A stretch of 56,904 nt of DNA from an uncultured Bacilli bacterium (GTDB taxonomy: Bacteria > Bacillota_I > Bacilli_A > RF39 > UBA660): assembly GCA_947628435.1 (NCBI GenBank), contig CANQZW010000001.1, positions 78,013-134,916 of the forward strand, written 5' to 3'. Shown one piece after another: positions 1 to 9,299 of this stretch. The position numbers were made by a program, and so were the translations under genes. Numbering within the stretch: position 1 is the stretch's first letter; the number at the start of each line of letters is the position of its first letter. The notes under the pieces are model-generated. The model was not told the origin of the DNA, did no database searches, and worked only from the letters and a program-made list of their open reading frames with translations.

Positions 1-360
1 TATAACATTTTTCTCTTTTAATTCCTCTAACATATTATGATATAATGCTTCACTTTCATACTGTACATGAACTCCTGCTAAATATTCATCCTCTGCCTTA
101 GTAAGTCCAATATCATCAAACGTTTCTTTTATGTTTTTATCCACGTTTTTCCAGCTGTCTTTTACATCATCAAACACTTTTTTATAATAAGTAATATTAT
201 TAAAATCAAGGTTGATTAAAGGTCCAAAATTTGGCATTTTTAACTTCTTAAAAACATCATAAGAATCCAATCTAAACTTAAGCATCCAACTAGGTTCATT
301 TTTTAACCTAGATATTTCTTCTACCTTTTTTCTATCCAATCCTTTTGATAATGTTTTCAT
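1..360 (-). CDS. sufB: Fe-S cluster assembly protein SufB (5' part; runs off window start)
   Basis: Hand translation from ATG at 360: MKTLSKGLDRKKVEEISRLKNEPSWMLKFRLDSY...AEDEYLAGVHVQYESEALYHN, typical SufB N-terminus; AAGGA RBS; last gene of suf cluster. Confidence 0.93.
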   Translation of the reverse strand, partial: MKTLSKGLDRKKVEEISRLKNEPSWMLKFRLDSYDVFKKLKMPNFGPLINLDFNNITYYKKVFDDVKDSWKNVDKNIKETFDDIGLTKAEDEYLAGVHVQYESEALYHNMLEELKEKNVI

Positions 361-395
361 ACAATCATTCCTTATTATTTATTTAAATTTCAAAA

Positions 396-818
396 TTATG
401 ATCTATCTTTTTTAGTTTTTACATCAACATTATTTAATTCATCATCAATAAACTTAAAATAAAGACCTTTATTTCTTAAAACATCTTTTAACTCTTCAAT
501 TTCTAAATACCCGTTTATTCCTAATTCAGATAACTCATTAGCATTTATTACGAATTTTTCATCTGATGCTTGTAAAATTTCTTGGGCTTGTGAAATAGTT
601 TTAAAATAAGGATAAGGATTTTCGTCAGATAATAAATCTAAAAACATTAAATTACCATCTTTATCAACGTACTTTTCTCCTACTATATATCCTTGATGTG
701 TACACGTTATATGAACGTTAAAAAGCTTATTAGCCTCAAAATCTTCACTTGTTAGCTCTGCTAAACTAGCATATAACATTTTACTGGTGTCTAACATTAT
801 TTTTTTACTTCTTATCAT
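396..818 (-). CDS. hypothetical protein inside suf operon
   Basis: 140-aa ORF, GGAG RBS, start overlaps sufU stop region; no recognised motif. Confidence 0.7.
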   Translation of the reverse strand: MIRSKKIMLDTSKMLYASLAELTSEDFEANKLFNVHITCTHQGYIVGEKYVDKDGNLMFLDLLSDENPYPYFKTISQAQEILQASDEKFVINANELSELGINGYLEIEELKDVLRNKGLYFKFIDDELNNVDVKTKKDRS

Positions 819-1248
819 TTTTTACTCCTTCTAATTTATCTATTACATCTTTTATACCCTCATATGGTAATAAAGCACACTTTTTTCTATTAGGCTGCTT
901 ATATATTTCATCATAACAATTAGCCTCACCTAATAAATCCTTATCATAAGGAAGTTCATTTATCATATTTTCATAATTTTTAATTATTTGTTTTGCTTGT
1001 TTTATACTTTTACCCTTTAATAAATCACTCATAATCGAAGATGATGAGGTAGAAATAGCACAAGCTTCACCATCAAATTTGATATCTTCTATAATACCAT
1101 GATTTATTTTAAATTCAAAGTCTAAATTATCAATACAAGTTTTACTATTCATATTAATTTTTATATAACTATCATCATTAGTAAGTCCTTTATTAAGTGG
1201 ATTTTGATAATGTTCTAGTATAATACTTTTTCTTAAATTTACATCCAT
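805..1248 (-). CDS. sufU: SufU Fe-S assembly sulfur-transfer protein
   Basis: IILEHYQNPLNKG, TCID, GEACAISTSSSS, RKKCALLP motifs; follows sufS. Confidence 0.93.
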   Translation of the reverse strand: MDVNLRKSIILEHYQNPLNKGLTNDDSYIKINMNSKTCIDNLDFEFKINHGIIEDIKFDGEACAISTSSSSIMSDLLKGKSIKQAKQIIKNYENMINELPYDKDLLGEANCYDEIYKQPNRKKCALLPYEGIKDVIDKLEGVKNDKK

Positions 1249-1257
1249 AATAACCTC

Positions 1258-2454
1258 CTATAATGAATCATACAATATATTATCATTATCTAATGCATCA
1301 ACTAATTTATCAACATCTTCTTTAGTATTATAAAAATACAAACTAGCACGGCAAGTATTCTTAACTCCTAATACCTCAGATAGAATTTTAGCACAATGAC
1401 TTCCCACTCTTACACAAATTCCTTTTTTATTTAAATATGCCGCTACATCTTGTGCGAAAACTCCATTAACATTAAAGGTTATAATTCCGTTTGGAATATC
1501 TTTATTATAAATTACCACGTTCTTTAGTTTTGAAAGCCTTGATATCATATATTTTTTTAAATCAACTTCATATTTATGAACATTTTCCATACCAAGTGCA
1601 TTTAAATAATCAATTGCCTTTGAAAAGCCTATGATTCCAGATACATTAGGAGTTCCAGGTTCTAATTTTTCTGGTATATCCTTATATTCAACGTTCATTA
1701 AACTATCAAAAAAAGCATTCATTCCACCACCAGTTATTAATGGTTTTAAATCATTTAAATACTTAGTTTTACCATAAAGAACTCCAACCCCCGTCGGGCC
1801 AAGCATTTTATGAGCCGAAAATGCTAAAAAATCAACGTCTAAAAAGGTAACATCTATTTTTTCATGAGGAACACTTTGGGCAGCATCTATAACTACTAAT
1901 ATATTATTTTCATGAGCATATTTAATTATTTCTTTTATTGGCCTTACATCTCCAATTACGTTAGTTATATGAGCAAGAGATATTACCTTAGTTTTTTTAG
2001 AAATGGCTTTTTTTACATTATCTAAAGTAACTGTTAAGTCTGGATTTAAATCGATATATTTTATTTTAGAATTTGTAGTTTTTGCAACCTCAAACCAAGG
2101 TAAAATTAACGATGCATGCTCTGCTTTAGTAGTTAATATTTCATCACCATCTTTAAGATAATTACCAAAAAAACCCTTAATTATTATATTCAAACTTTCT
2201 GTTGCACCTGATGTAAATATAATTTCTTTTGAATCTTTTGCATTTATAAAATAAGCTACTTTTTCTCTTGTTTCACTTATTTTTTCATCTACTTTTCTAC
2301 TTAAATCATAATCACCACGATGGGCGTTAGCACAATAATTAGTATAATAATCATTAATCTCATCTATAACAACACTTGGTTTAAGCGTTGTTGCACAATT
2401 ATCTAAATACGTAATACCAGATGATAAAATTTTAAAATCTTTATTAAAATTCAA
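1258..2454 (-). CDS. sufS: cysteine desulfurase SufS
   Basis: YLDNCATT, PLP motif FSAHKMLGPTG, RVGSHCA catalytic Cys. Confidence 0.95.
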   Translation of the reverse strand: MNFNKDFKILSSGITYLDNCATTLKPSVVIDEINDYYTNYCANAHRGDYDLSRKVDEKISETREKVAYFINAKDSKEIIFTSGATESLNIIIKGFFGNYLKDGDEILTTKAEHASLILPWFEVAKTTNSKIKYIDLNPDLTVTLDNVKKAISKKTKVISLAHITNVIGDVRPIKEIIKYAHENNILVVIDAAQSVPHEKIDVTFLDVDFLAFSAHKMLGPTGVGVLYGKTKYLNDLKPLITGGGMNAFFDSLMNVEYKDIPEKLEPGTPNVSGIIGFSKAIDYLNALGMENVHKYEVDLKKYMISRLSKLKNVVIYNKDIPNGIITFNVNGVFAQDVAAYLNKKGICVRVGSHCAKILSEVLGVKNTCRASLYFYNTKEDVDKLVDALDNDNILYDSL

Positions 2455-2460
2455 TTATAC

Positions 2461-3213
2461 TCACCTCCATTCATTATTTAATTTTTTCTTTAGTAGCTCC
2501 TTTTCATTAAAACATATATCTAACGTTCCAATTAATAAACCATTAATCAACAAATTCATTGATTCTTTTTTATTTAATCCCCTACTCATTAAATAAAATA
2601 ACTCATCTTTATTAAAATTACCAATAAAAGCAGCATGCTTAGCATTACACTCAAATTCATCTATTAATAAAACCGGGTTTATTCTATTTTCATTAGTATC
2701 ATTTAAAGTTATTATTTTACTGTTTTGATTAACATTACAATTCTTACTCTTATTAGGAACATAACTATAAACATCAAATAAAATTGAACCCTCTTCTTTA
2801 GTTACTCCGTTATTATATACATTACTATTAGTTAACATTTTATTATGATTAATATTTACAGTATATTTAACTTTTTTACTTGTGATAACACAATTATGAA
2901 CAACTATATTAGAATCCTTAGCATCAAGATTAGCATTTAACATAACATTTTTAGAATTATATGCGATGTTATTAAAAAACAAATTACCTTTATTAACATT
3001 TATATCATATACTACATCATCCATGTTATCTGATATTATTAAAACATTTAAATTAGCATTACTAACATTAAAAGTATATCTATTAAATAAATTATCTTTT
3101 ATTAAAATATTAGTATCACTATTTATATTAATAATTACAGTATTATCTTTTATTACGCTTATTTTATCATTATCGCTTCCTATTAATATCCTATTCACTT
3201 GCGTCACTTCCAT
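2461..3213 (-). CDS. sufD: SufD family Fe-S assembly protein (short)
   Basis: C-terminal PVLLIDEFECNAKHAAFIG...LFYLMSRGL; position between sufC and sufS. Confidence 0.88.
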   Translation of the reverse strand: MEVTQVNRILIGSDNDKISVIKDNTVIININSDTNILIKDNLFNRYTFNVSNANLNVLIISDNMDDVVYDINVNKGNLFFNNIAYNSKNVMLNANLDAKDSNIVVHNCVITSKKVKYTVNINHNKMLTNSNVYNNGVTKEEGSILFDVYSYVPNKSKNCNVNQNSKIITLNDTNENRINPVLLIDEFECNAKHAAFIGNFNKDELFYLMSRGLNKKESMNLLINGLLIGTLDICFNEKELLKKKLNNEWR

Positions 3214-3961
3214 TAAATACGTTTGACACTACTTTCTCAAAGTTAAAGCCTTTTGTTTCAATTTCTTTTGCCAAAGTATAATCACCAGTTTTAACTATTT
3301 TTCCTTCTTTTACAACATGTACAAAATCCGGTTTAACATATTTTAATAAATGTGTATAATGTGTAATAATTAGATAAGATGATTGTATATGTTTTTTTCT
3401 ATACATATTAATATTATCCGCAACTATTTTTAAAGAATCAACATCAACACCTGAATCTATTTCATCTAACATTATAAAAGATGGTTCTAATATTTTCATT
3501 TGAAGTATCTCATTTTTCTTTTTTTCACCACCTGAAAAACCTTTATTTATACTTCTATGTACCATTTCATCAGGCATTTTTAAATCAATCTTAGCCTCGT
3601 CAATCTTCTTAATAAAACTATATAAATTAATATTTTTATTTTCTTTACTAGAAAGTGCTGTTCTTAAAAAATCAGCATTAGTAACACCATCTATTTCAAG
3701 TGGGTTTTGCATTGCAAGAAAAATTCCTAACTTTGCTCTTTGGTCAGTTGTAAGCTTTAAAATGCTTTTTTTATTAAATAATATATCTCCACTTACAATT
3801 TTATAGTTAGGTTCATTCATTATTGCCTTAGTAAGAGTTGATTTTCCAACACCATTAGGACCCATTATAACATGAACCTCACCATCATTTATAACAAGGT
3901 TAAACTTATCTAAAACTATCTTATTTTCTACTTTAACTGTTAAATCTTTTATTTCTAACAT
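3191..3961 (-). CDS. sufC: Fe-S assembly ATPase SufC
   Basis: GPNGVGKST Walker A, FSGGEKKKNEILQ, LDEIDSGVD; start moved to ATG 3961 (GGAG RBS upstream). Confidence 0.95.
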   Translation of the reverse strand: MLEIKDLTVKVENKIVLDKFNLVINDGEVHVIMGPNGVGKSTLTKAIMNEPNYKIVSGDILFNKKSILKLTTDQRAKLGIFLAMQNPLEIDGVTNADFLRTALSSKENKNINLYSFIKKIDEAKIDLKMPDEMVHRSINKGFSGGEKKKNEILQMKILEPSFIMLDEIDSGVDVDSLKIVADNINMYRKKHIQSSYLIITHYTHLLKYVKPDFVHVVKEGKIVKTGDYTLAKEIETKGFNFEKVVSNVFNGSDASE

Positions 3962-4026
3962 ATAAATCAGCTCCATATCTACCTTATTTTATCACTTTTT
4001 TAATATTTTTTATATAATAACAATTA

Positions 4027-4050
4027 AAAATAGAGAAAAATCTCTATTTT
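4027..4050 (-). terminator. probable intrinsic terminator
   Basis: Inverted repeat AAAATAGAGA-AAAA-TCTCTATTTT. Confidence 0.65.
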
Positions 4051-4399
4051 ATTTATTCTTAGATAACATGGTTCATTGCTCCTTATTATTTTGTTCATTA
4101 TTTACAAAATATGTTTCCGGATTAAATTTATTATAAACTGATCCATATTCCAAAGCCTTATTAAAATCTTTTTCTTTTAACAAGTTAGTAAAAGGAGCAT
4201 AAAAAACCGAATAATTTAATAAATGGTCTTCATATAAATTATATGTATTATCATATCATACATCATAAAACTTAATTTTTTCTCTGTTATTTTGAATATA
4301 TTCGTATAATTTCTCACCCTTACAAACATTATCCTTATCAATTAAGGTAATGGCACTTAAAGGATTACCACTTTCATTATATAAACTTATCTTTTTTAA
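4049..4399 (-). pseudogene. start-less ORF remnant with two in-frame TGA codons
   Basis: Hand translation: 116 codons without TAA/TAG (LKKISLYNESGNPLSAITL...FYDV*YDNTY...NNKEQ*TMLSKNK), TAA adjacent to the terminator. Confidence 0.6.
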
Positions 4400-4425
4400 T
4401 TATTATTATGAACTACTACTGTGAC

Positions 4426-5472
4426 TTAATGCGGCATATCCCTTTTGATATTTAAACCACTTTTAATATTGTTTTTATCAAAATCTTTATATTTTACCGG
4501 GTTTAATTTACTATATAAATCCTCAAAATTAGTTTTCATAAACATTTGGGTTGTAACACCATCAAACTTACTTAACAATAATTCTTCAAGCTCAATTTTT
4601 ATGTTATATATATCAAAAGTTTCAAGACCATGATATGAGCAATCAGGATTAAAATTCATATCATCTGTTGCCAATAATATCCTATCCTTTGGATATTTTA
4701 AATCATCAACCACATATGATATCATTTCTAAGTATTTTTGTTTTCTTTCTTTTTTCGAAATACTTTGTCCCTCAAGGCTAACAAAATTACAATTTGAAAA
4801 TAATCCTAAGTAACCACCTGCATTTTTAAGTCTTTTTATCTGTTCATCTGTCAAATTTCTACTTCTATTACATATCTTTCTTGCATTAGAGTGAGATGCT
4901 AAAATAACTGGTTGTTCTCCTTTTAATATATGCATTTCTACCGTATCCATTATGTCGCTAAAAGTTTGTTTGTTAGCATGTGATAAATCAATAGCAATAC
5001 CTAAATTAATAGCTAACTCAATAAGTTCTTTACCTAAATATGATAATCCATAGTTTTTTCTATTTCCAGATCCAAACTTATTTCCATTATTCCATACCGG
5101 TAATATAACCCTTAAGCCCTCATTATATAAATCTAATAATTCTAACGGATTATTTATAAAATCGCAACCTTCTATACTAAAAATAAACTTTCTGTCCTTA
5201 GGAATAACACCATCGTCTTGCAATCGTCTTAGATTATTTATAGAAGTTCTAAACATATCTTTAACATTTTGACATTCGCTTTTAGTAATTCCAAGTTCTT
5301 GATACATTTCATAAGAAGACATAAAATATAAATTAATTATACCACCATCAACGTTTCCTTCTTTATAAATATTAATGCAATCGTTTATTAGTTTTTCTTT
5401 ATTTGACTTAGAATTAATCTTACTTAGATTAAAGTATATTGTTGTTAGTAAATCATAATGTGCGTCATACAT
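4426..5472 (-). CDS. membrane dipeptidase (peptidase M19) family protein
   Basis: YDAHYD, SIEG, IDLSHAN, ASHSNAR, RNLTDEQ motifs. Confidence 0.85.
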   Translation of the reverse strand: MYDAHYDLLTTIYFNLSKINSKSNKEKLINDCINIYKEGNVDGGIINLYFMSSYEMYQELGITKSECQNVKDMFRTSINNLRRLQDDGVIPKDRKFIFSIEGCDFINNPLELLDLYNEGLRVILPVWNNGNKFGSGNRKNYGLSYLGKELIELAINLGIAIDLSHANKQTFSDIMDTVEMHILKGEQPVILASHSNARKICNRSRNLTDEQIKRLKNAGGYLGLFSNCNFVSLEGQSISKKERKQKYLEMISYVVDDLKYPKDRILLATDDMNFNPDCSYHGLETFDIYNIKIELEELLLSKFDGVTTQMFMKTNFEDLYSKLNPVKYKDFDKNNIKSGLNIKRDMPH

Positions 5473-5474
5473 AT

Positions 5475-6917
5475 TTAATATCTTCTTTGCTTAGAATACG
5501 AAATATCGTCTTTGGCTAACTCATTCTTATATATTTCTTCTAAAAACCTATATTGAATTGCAAGCTTAATAACTGGATGAACTAATGCCGAATCCCTATC
5601 CCACGCATATCTTGATGAATCTATCTTCTCAACACCATTTGGTAAAATAATTGTTTTTTTGCCATCTTCATGCGTTTTTATTAATGATTTTTTATCAGCA
5701 TCTATAAATGTCATCCTGTTATAACTTCTATTTGATAATAATGAATAAAAAATTTCGTTATCTGGGTCAATCGTTAATTGCGTTCCACACCAACCCGCAG
5801 AAGCAATTGTTCTACCTCCTAATGGATGATAAACCTCAGAATCTGGCTGAGAAGGGTTTTTTGAATAGCATAATTTACCTAAATATTGTATAGATAAATT
5901 CTTTTTTCCAGTCTCATTATCTGCCATATGATAAAGTTCATCGCTAGTTAAAATATGTTTTTCTAGCAAATTTTGGCACAATAAACTCATGTCATAGGAA
6001 TTTGAAAACAAACCAGCATGACCACTTAAATTACCATCTTTTTGGCCCATAATTCTTGCTTTTTCATCATAACAATCTCCTGGCTTTACACCATCATTGA
6101 TTCTAAAATTACCATCTTTATAATAAAATCCATTATAACCCGTTGGAGCAATTGTACTTAATTTATCATCTGGTATACTTACGTAAGTATTACACATATT
6201 ACAAATGTTTAATATGTTGCTTTTAACGAAATCGTAAAAATTTACACCACTTACTTTCTCAACCAAATATTTTAATACCATTGCACCCATATCAGTATAT
6301 GGTCTTTTTCCATCATTTTGACTATCAAATGTTATAGTTCTTATAATTTTTTCAGCCTCTTCTTTATCTTTTGCCCTATCTATTCTTCCATCTGTTTTAA
6401 TTGGAGCATTAAAGGTAAGAAGTTGATAAATTGTGATATTACCTAATCCCTTAAAATCTGGTAAATAATAACTAACCTTTTGATTTAAATCAATAATGTT
6501 TTTTCTAGCTAAAATTAGCACACTAATGGAGGTGAATATTTTAGTTACTGAAGCCAAATCATAAAGGGTATTAGAATCAACATGATTTATTGTATTTTTT
6601 AAATCATCCCTGTAACCTATACTTAAAATTTCATGGTAATTTTTTGTACCAAAACTAATAACTGCTCCTGGGGTCATTTGTTTTTTGTATATAAAATCTT
6701 TTATTACTCTTTCTACACCAGAACCTTTATATAATTCATCCCTTAATTCATCTAAGTTTTTATCTTTGTTATTTTCAATTAAATCTACGACTGGTTTTAA
6801 TATTTCTAAATAATCCTCTTTAGTTAGTAAGTTTCTTTGCTCTTCTTCTTTAGCTTTATTATGATTTTTAAGTAATTCTAAAGAGTAAGAATCCAATATA
6901 CGTTCTAAAACTGTCAT
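5475..6917 (-). CDS. serine hydrolase, beta-lactamase/AmpC-like fold
   Basis: YDLASVTK (SxxK), YTD (YxN-like), GHAGLFS; ATG 6917 after AGGAG; no signal peptide. Confidence 0.85.
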   Translation of the reverse strand: MTVLERILDSYSLELLKNHNKAKEEEQRNLLTKEDYLEILKPVVDLIENNKDKNLDELRDELYKGSGVERVIKDFIYKKQMTPGAVISFGTKNYHEILSIGYRDDLKNTINHVDSNTLYDLASVTKIFTSISVLILARKNIIDLNQKVSYYLPDFKGLGNITIYQLLTFNAPIKTDGRIDRAKDKEEAEKIIRTITFDSQNDGKRPYTDMGAMVLKYLVEKVSGVNFYDFVKSNILNICNMCNTYVSIPDDKLSTIAPTGYNGFYYKDGNFRINDGVKPGDCYDEKARIMGQKDGNLSGHAGLFSNSYDMSLLCQNLLEKHILTSDELYHMADNETGKKNLSIQYLGKLCYSKNPSQPDSEVYHPLGGRTIASAGWCGTQLTIDPDNEIFYSLLSNRSYNRMTFIDADKKSLIKTHEDGKKTIILPNGVEKIDSSRYAWDRDSALVHPVIKLAIQYRFLEEIYKNELAKDDISYSKQRRY

Positions 6918-7012
6918 TACTACCAACTCCTTTTAATAAATTGAGGCTTATTCTATCATTTTTTTACTATTTAGTCAAGTTTTATGATACAATCTTAACT
7001 AGAGGTGATAAA

Positions 7013-7411
7013 ATGGATACTTGCATTTTTTGTAAGATAATAAATGGTGATATTCCTAGTATGAAAGTATATGAAGATGATTTATGTTTAGCTTATTTAG
7101 ACATTAATCCCGATAGTGATGGGCATACGCTTATAATACCTAAAATTCATTATAAAGACATCAATGATATTCCGGATGATATTTTATTACACATTTATAA
7201 AATAGCTAAAAAAATAATGAAAATTTTAGAAGAAAAGCTAGGTTGCAACGGATTTAGTTTACTGCAAAATAACGGAGACATTCAAGAGGTAAAACACTAT
7301 CATCTTCATATTAAACCATATTACAAAAATAAAAAAACACATGAACTAATAAAACATAGTGAACTAATTAAAGATCCAAAAGAGATTTATGAAATTATAA
7401 AAGAAGCTTAA
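7013..7411 (+). CDS. HIT family protein
   Basis: CIFCKII...GHTLIIPK...HYHLHI; ATG 7013 after GAGGTG. Confidence 0.92.
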   Translation: MDTCIFCKIINGDIPSMKVYEDDLCLAYLDINPDSDGHTLIIPKIHYKDINDIPDDILLHIYKIAKKIMKILEEKLGCNGFSLLQNNGDIQEVKHYHLHIKPYYKNKKTHELIKHSELIKDPKEIYEIIKEA

Positions 7412-7423
7412 AAAAGCTCCTTT

Positions 7424-8812
7424 TTAATTTATACCTAAATATTCTTCTAGAGTAAGTCCACTTTGTTTTACCTTTTTTGCAATATCAATTCCTAAGTATC
7501 TAACGTGCCATGGTTCATATATATACCCTGTAACCTCCATTTTATCTTTAGGGTATCTTACTATAAAACCATATAAATAAGCGTTTTTATCAATCCACTT
7601 TGCTTCATTAGTATTTTCAAAAGAGCTATCAACTCTTCCGATATCAAAGGCAAGACCCGTTTGATGTTCAGAATGACCTGGTAAAGCAGAATAAGTACTA
7701 GCCTTTTTTTCACCATCTTTTTTTACATATTTATTATATAATTGTTTTTGAGTATTATAAGATCTATATGCTGATACTAAGGTCAAATCAAGTCCTAAAG
7801 CACTTGCATCAGCTTGCATATTCTTTAAAGCTGATAATGCTTCTTTGTTAACTTTTGGATCATAATTTTTAGGTAGTGAATAAGTTTTATTAACTATTAA
7901 TATACCATTAACGTATGTAATACCATCTTTTACTTTTATATCAGGCTTTATTGTACTCGTGTTTTTAGTTTCGTTTACAACAACAATTCTTTTTTCAGTT
8001 GTGTAATTACCACTAGAATCACTAACCTTATAATTAATTTTATAAGTTCCTGGTTTTTTTGTATTAACGTTTTCTTTTACTGTTACTTTATCTGTAATAT
8101 CTCCATCATAATTATCAACCGCCTTATATCCTGGTTCATTATACTTACTTAAATAATTTATAGTTATATTTTTATCACCATTTAAGGTTAAAGCTGGTTT
8201 TTGTTCATCAACAATATTAACTAATCTATAAAGTCTTACTTTATACGTATCAGATACATTAACCTCATATTTTATGAAATATTTTCCTAACTTATTTTCA
8301 TTTAAATTAGTAATTTTATTTACTTCTTTAATACTTTTATTATTTATTTTTATCGTTACATATTCATCATTAAATTTATTACCAAATAATAATTTCTGGT
8401 TACTATTACCATTTAATTTAAAATAAACATAGTTATTTGAATGAATTTTTTTATAATACTTTGTTTTATTACTACAAGTACCATGATTTTTTATGGTTCT
8501 AATATATTTATCTTTATTTTTTATAAAACCATCTTCTAGCAAGTCTTTTTCAATAAGTTCATTTAAGTACTTATTATTTGCATCAATTTTAAATTCTTCT
8601 TTTGTATTACAACTTAACCAATTATTTTTAAATGTAACATTTGCATTTATCTTATAATTACCACCATTAAAATTATATTCGTATGTTTTTTTAAAAAAAG
8701 GCAACATAAAAAATAAACAACCAATTAAATATATAATAAATAACACTAATAGTATAAAAATCAACCAATTAAAAGGTTTTATTTTTTTATTTCCTATTTT
8801 AATAGTAAGCAT
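7424..8812 (-). CDS. M15B (VanY/LdcB-like) carboxypeptidase with N-terminal TM and Ig-like (DUF5011-type) domains
   Basis: SAYRSY, PGHSEHQTGLAFD, YEPWHVRYLG; EPGYKAVDNYDGDIT...PGTYKINYKVSDSSGN Ig-like repeat. Confidence 0.88.
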   Translation of the reverse strand: MLTIKIGNKKIKPFNWLIFILLVLFIIYLIGCLFFMLPFFKKTYEYNFNGGNYKINANVTFKNNWLSCNTKEEFKIDANNKYLNELIEKDLLEDGFIKNKDKYIRTIKNHGTCSNKTKYYKKIHSNNYVYFKLNGNSNQKLLFGNKFNDEYVTIKINNKSIKEVNKITNLNENKLGKYFIKYEVNVSDTYKVRLYRLVNIVDEQKPALTLNGDKNITINYLSKYNEPGYKAVDNYDGDITDKVTVKENVNTKKPGTYKINYKVSDSSGNYTTEKRIVVVNETKNTSTIKPDIKVKDGITYVNGILIVNKTYSLPKNYDPKVNKEALSALKNMQADASALGLDLTLVSAYRSYNTQKQLYNKYVKKDGEKKASTYSALPGHSEHQTGLAFDIGRVDSSFENTNEAKWIDKNAYLYGFIVRYPKDKMEVTGYIYEPWHVRYLGIDIAKKVKQSGLTLEEYLGIN

Positions 8813-8909
8813 AAAACCTCCCTTAAACATCTATTTTTATTTTATATCATTTTCTTAAAATTAACAATAAAATTAAAAAATAGAAAAAAGAAGCAAAATT
8901 TTGCTTCCT

Positions 8910-9050
8910 TTAGCATATAAATGAACCAACTATTATTGCAAGTAAAATATAAAGAACAATTACTAATAAAAATCCATTACCTCTTGTTCTTGATCCTGTA
9001 TTTCCACAAGGATTGCAAGAGCTAGTTGTTGTTGTTCCGCAACATGCCAT
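8910..9050 (-). CDS. YjcZ/SscA-family small sporulation protein, 46 aa (not in ORF track)
   Basis: MACCGTTTTSSCNPCGNTGSRTRGNGFLLVIVLYILLAIIVGSFIC; AGGAGG RBS; hairpin GAAGCAAAATTTTGCTTC after stop. Confidence 0.85.
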   Translation of the reverse strand: MACCGTTTTSSCNPCGNTGSRTRGNGFLLVIVLYILLAIIVGSFIC

Positions 9051-9075
9051 AGTTTATAAACCTCCTTTTTTTATA

Positions 9076-9159
9076 TTAAACGTAAGCACCTATTATGATT
9101 ACTAATAAGATGAATAATACTAATATAATTCCAGCACCAGATGCATAATTGTTTCCCAT
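9076..9159 (-). CDS. YjcZ/SscA-family small sporulation protein, 27 aa (not in ORF track)
   Basis: MGNNYASGAGIILVLFILLVIIIGAYV; AGGAGG RBS; LVLFILLVII family signature. Confidence 0.85.
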   Translation of the reverse strand: MGNNYASGAGIILVLFILLVIIIGAYV

Positions 9160-9189
9160 AATTCATTCCTCCTTTTTGTCTTTTCAAAG

Positions 9190-9218
9190 TATTTTATGGT
9201 ATATATGACAAAAGTGTG
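9190..9218 (-). promoter_or_regulatory. SigK-like promoter for the micro-ORF pair
   Basis: CACA-N16-CATAAAATA matches the B. subtilis SigK consensus mACm-N16-CATAnnnTA. Confidence 0.55.
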
Positions 9219-9299
9219 AGTATGTTTTATCAAAAAAGTTGCATGAAATCATATAATTTGCTATGATATATAAGTAAAATTATTAGGAGGATCAAAGAA

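Noticed and set aside
5475-6917. Bona fide class C beta-lactamase resistance gene
   Set aside because: No signal peptide and divergent YxN/KTG motifs; only fold-level similarity is supportable
7424-8812. Vancomycin-resistance gene vanY
   Set aside because: No van ligase, vanH/vanX or vanRS nearby; a housekeeping M15B carboxypeptidase is the simpler call
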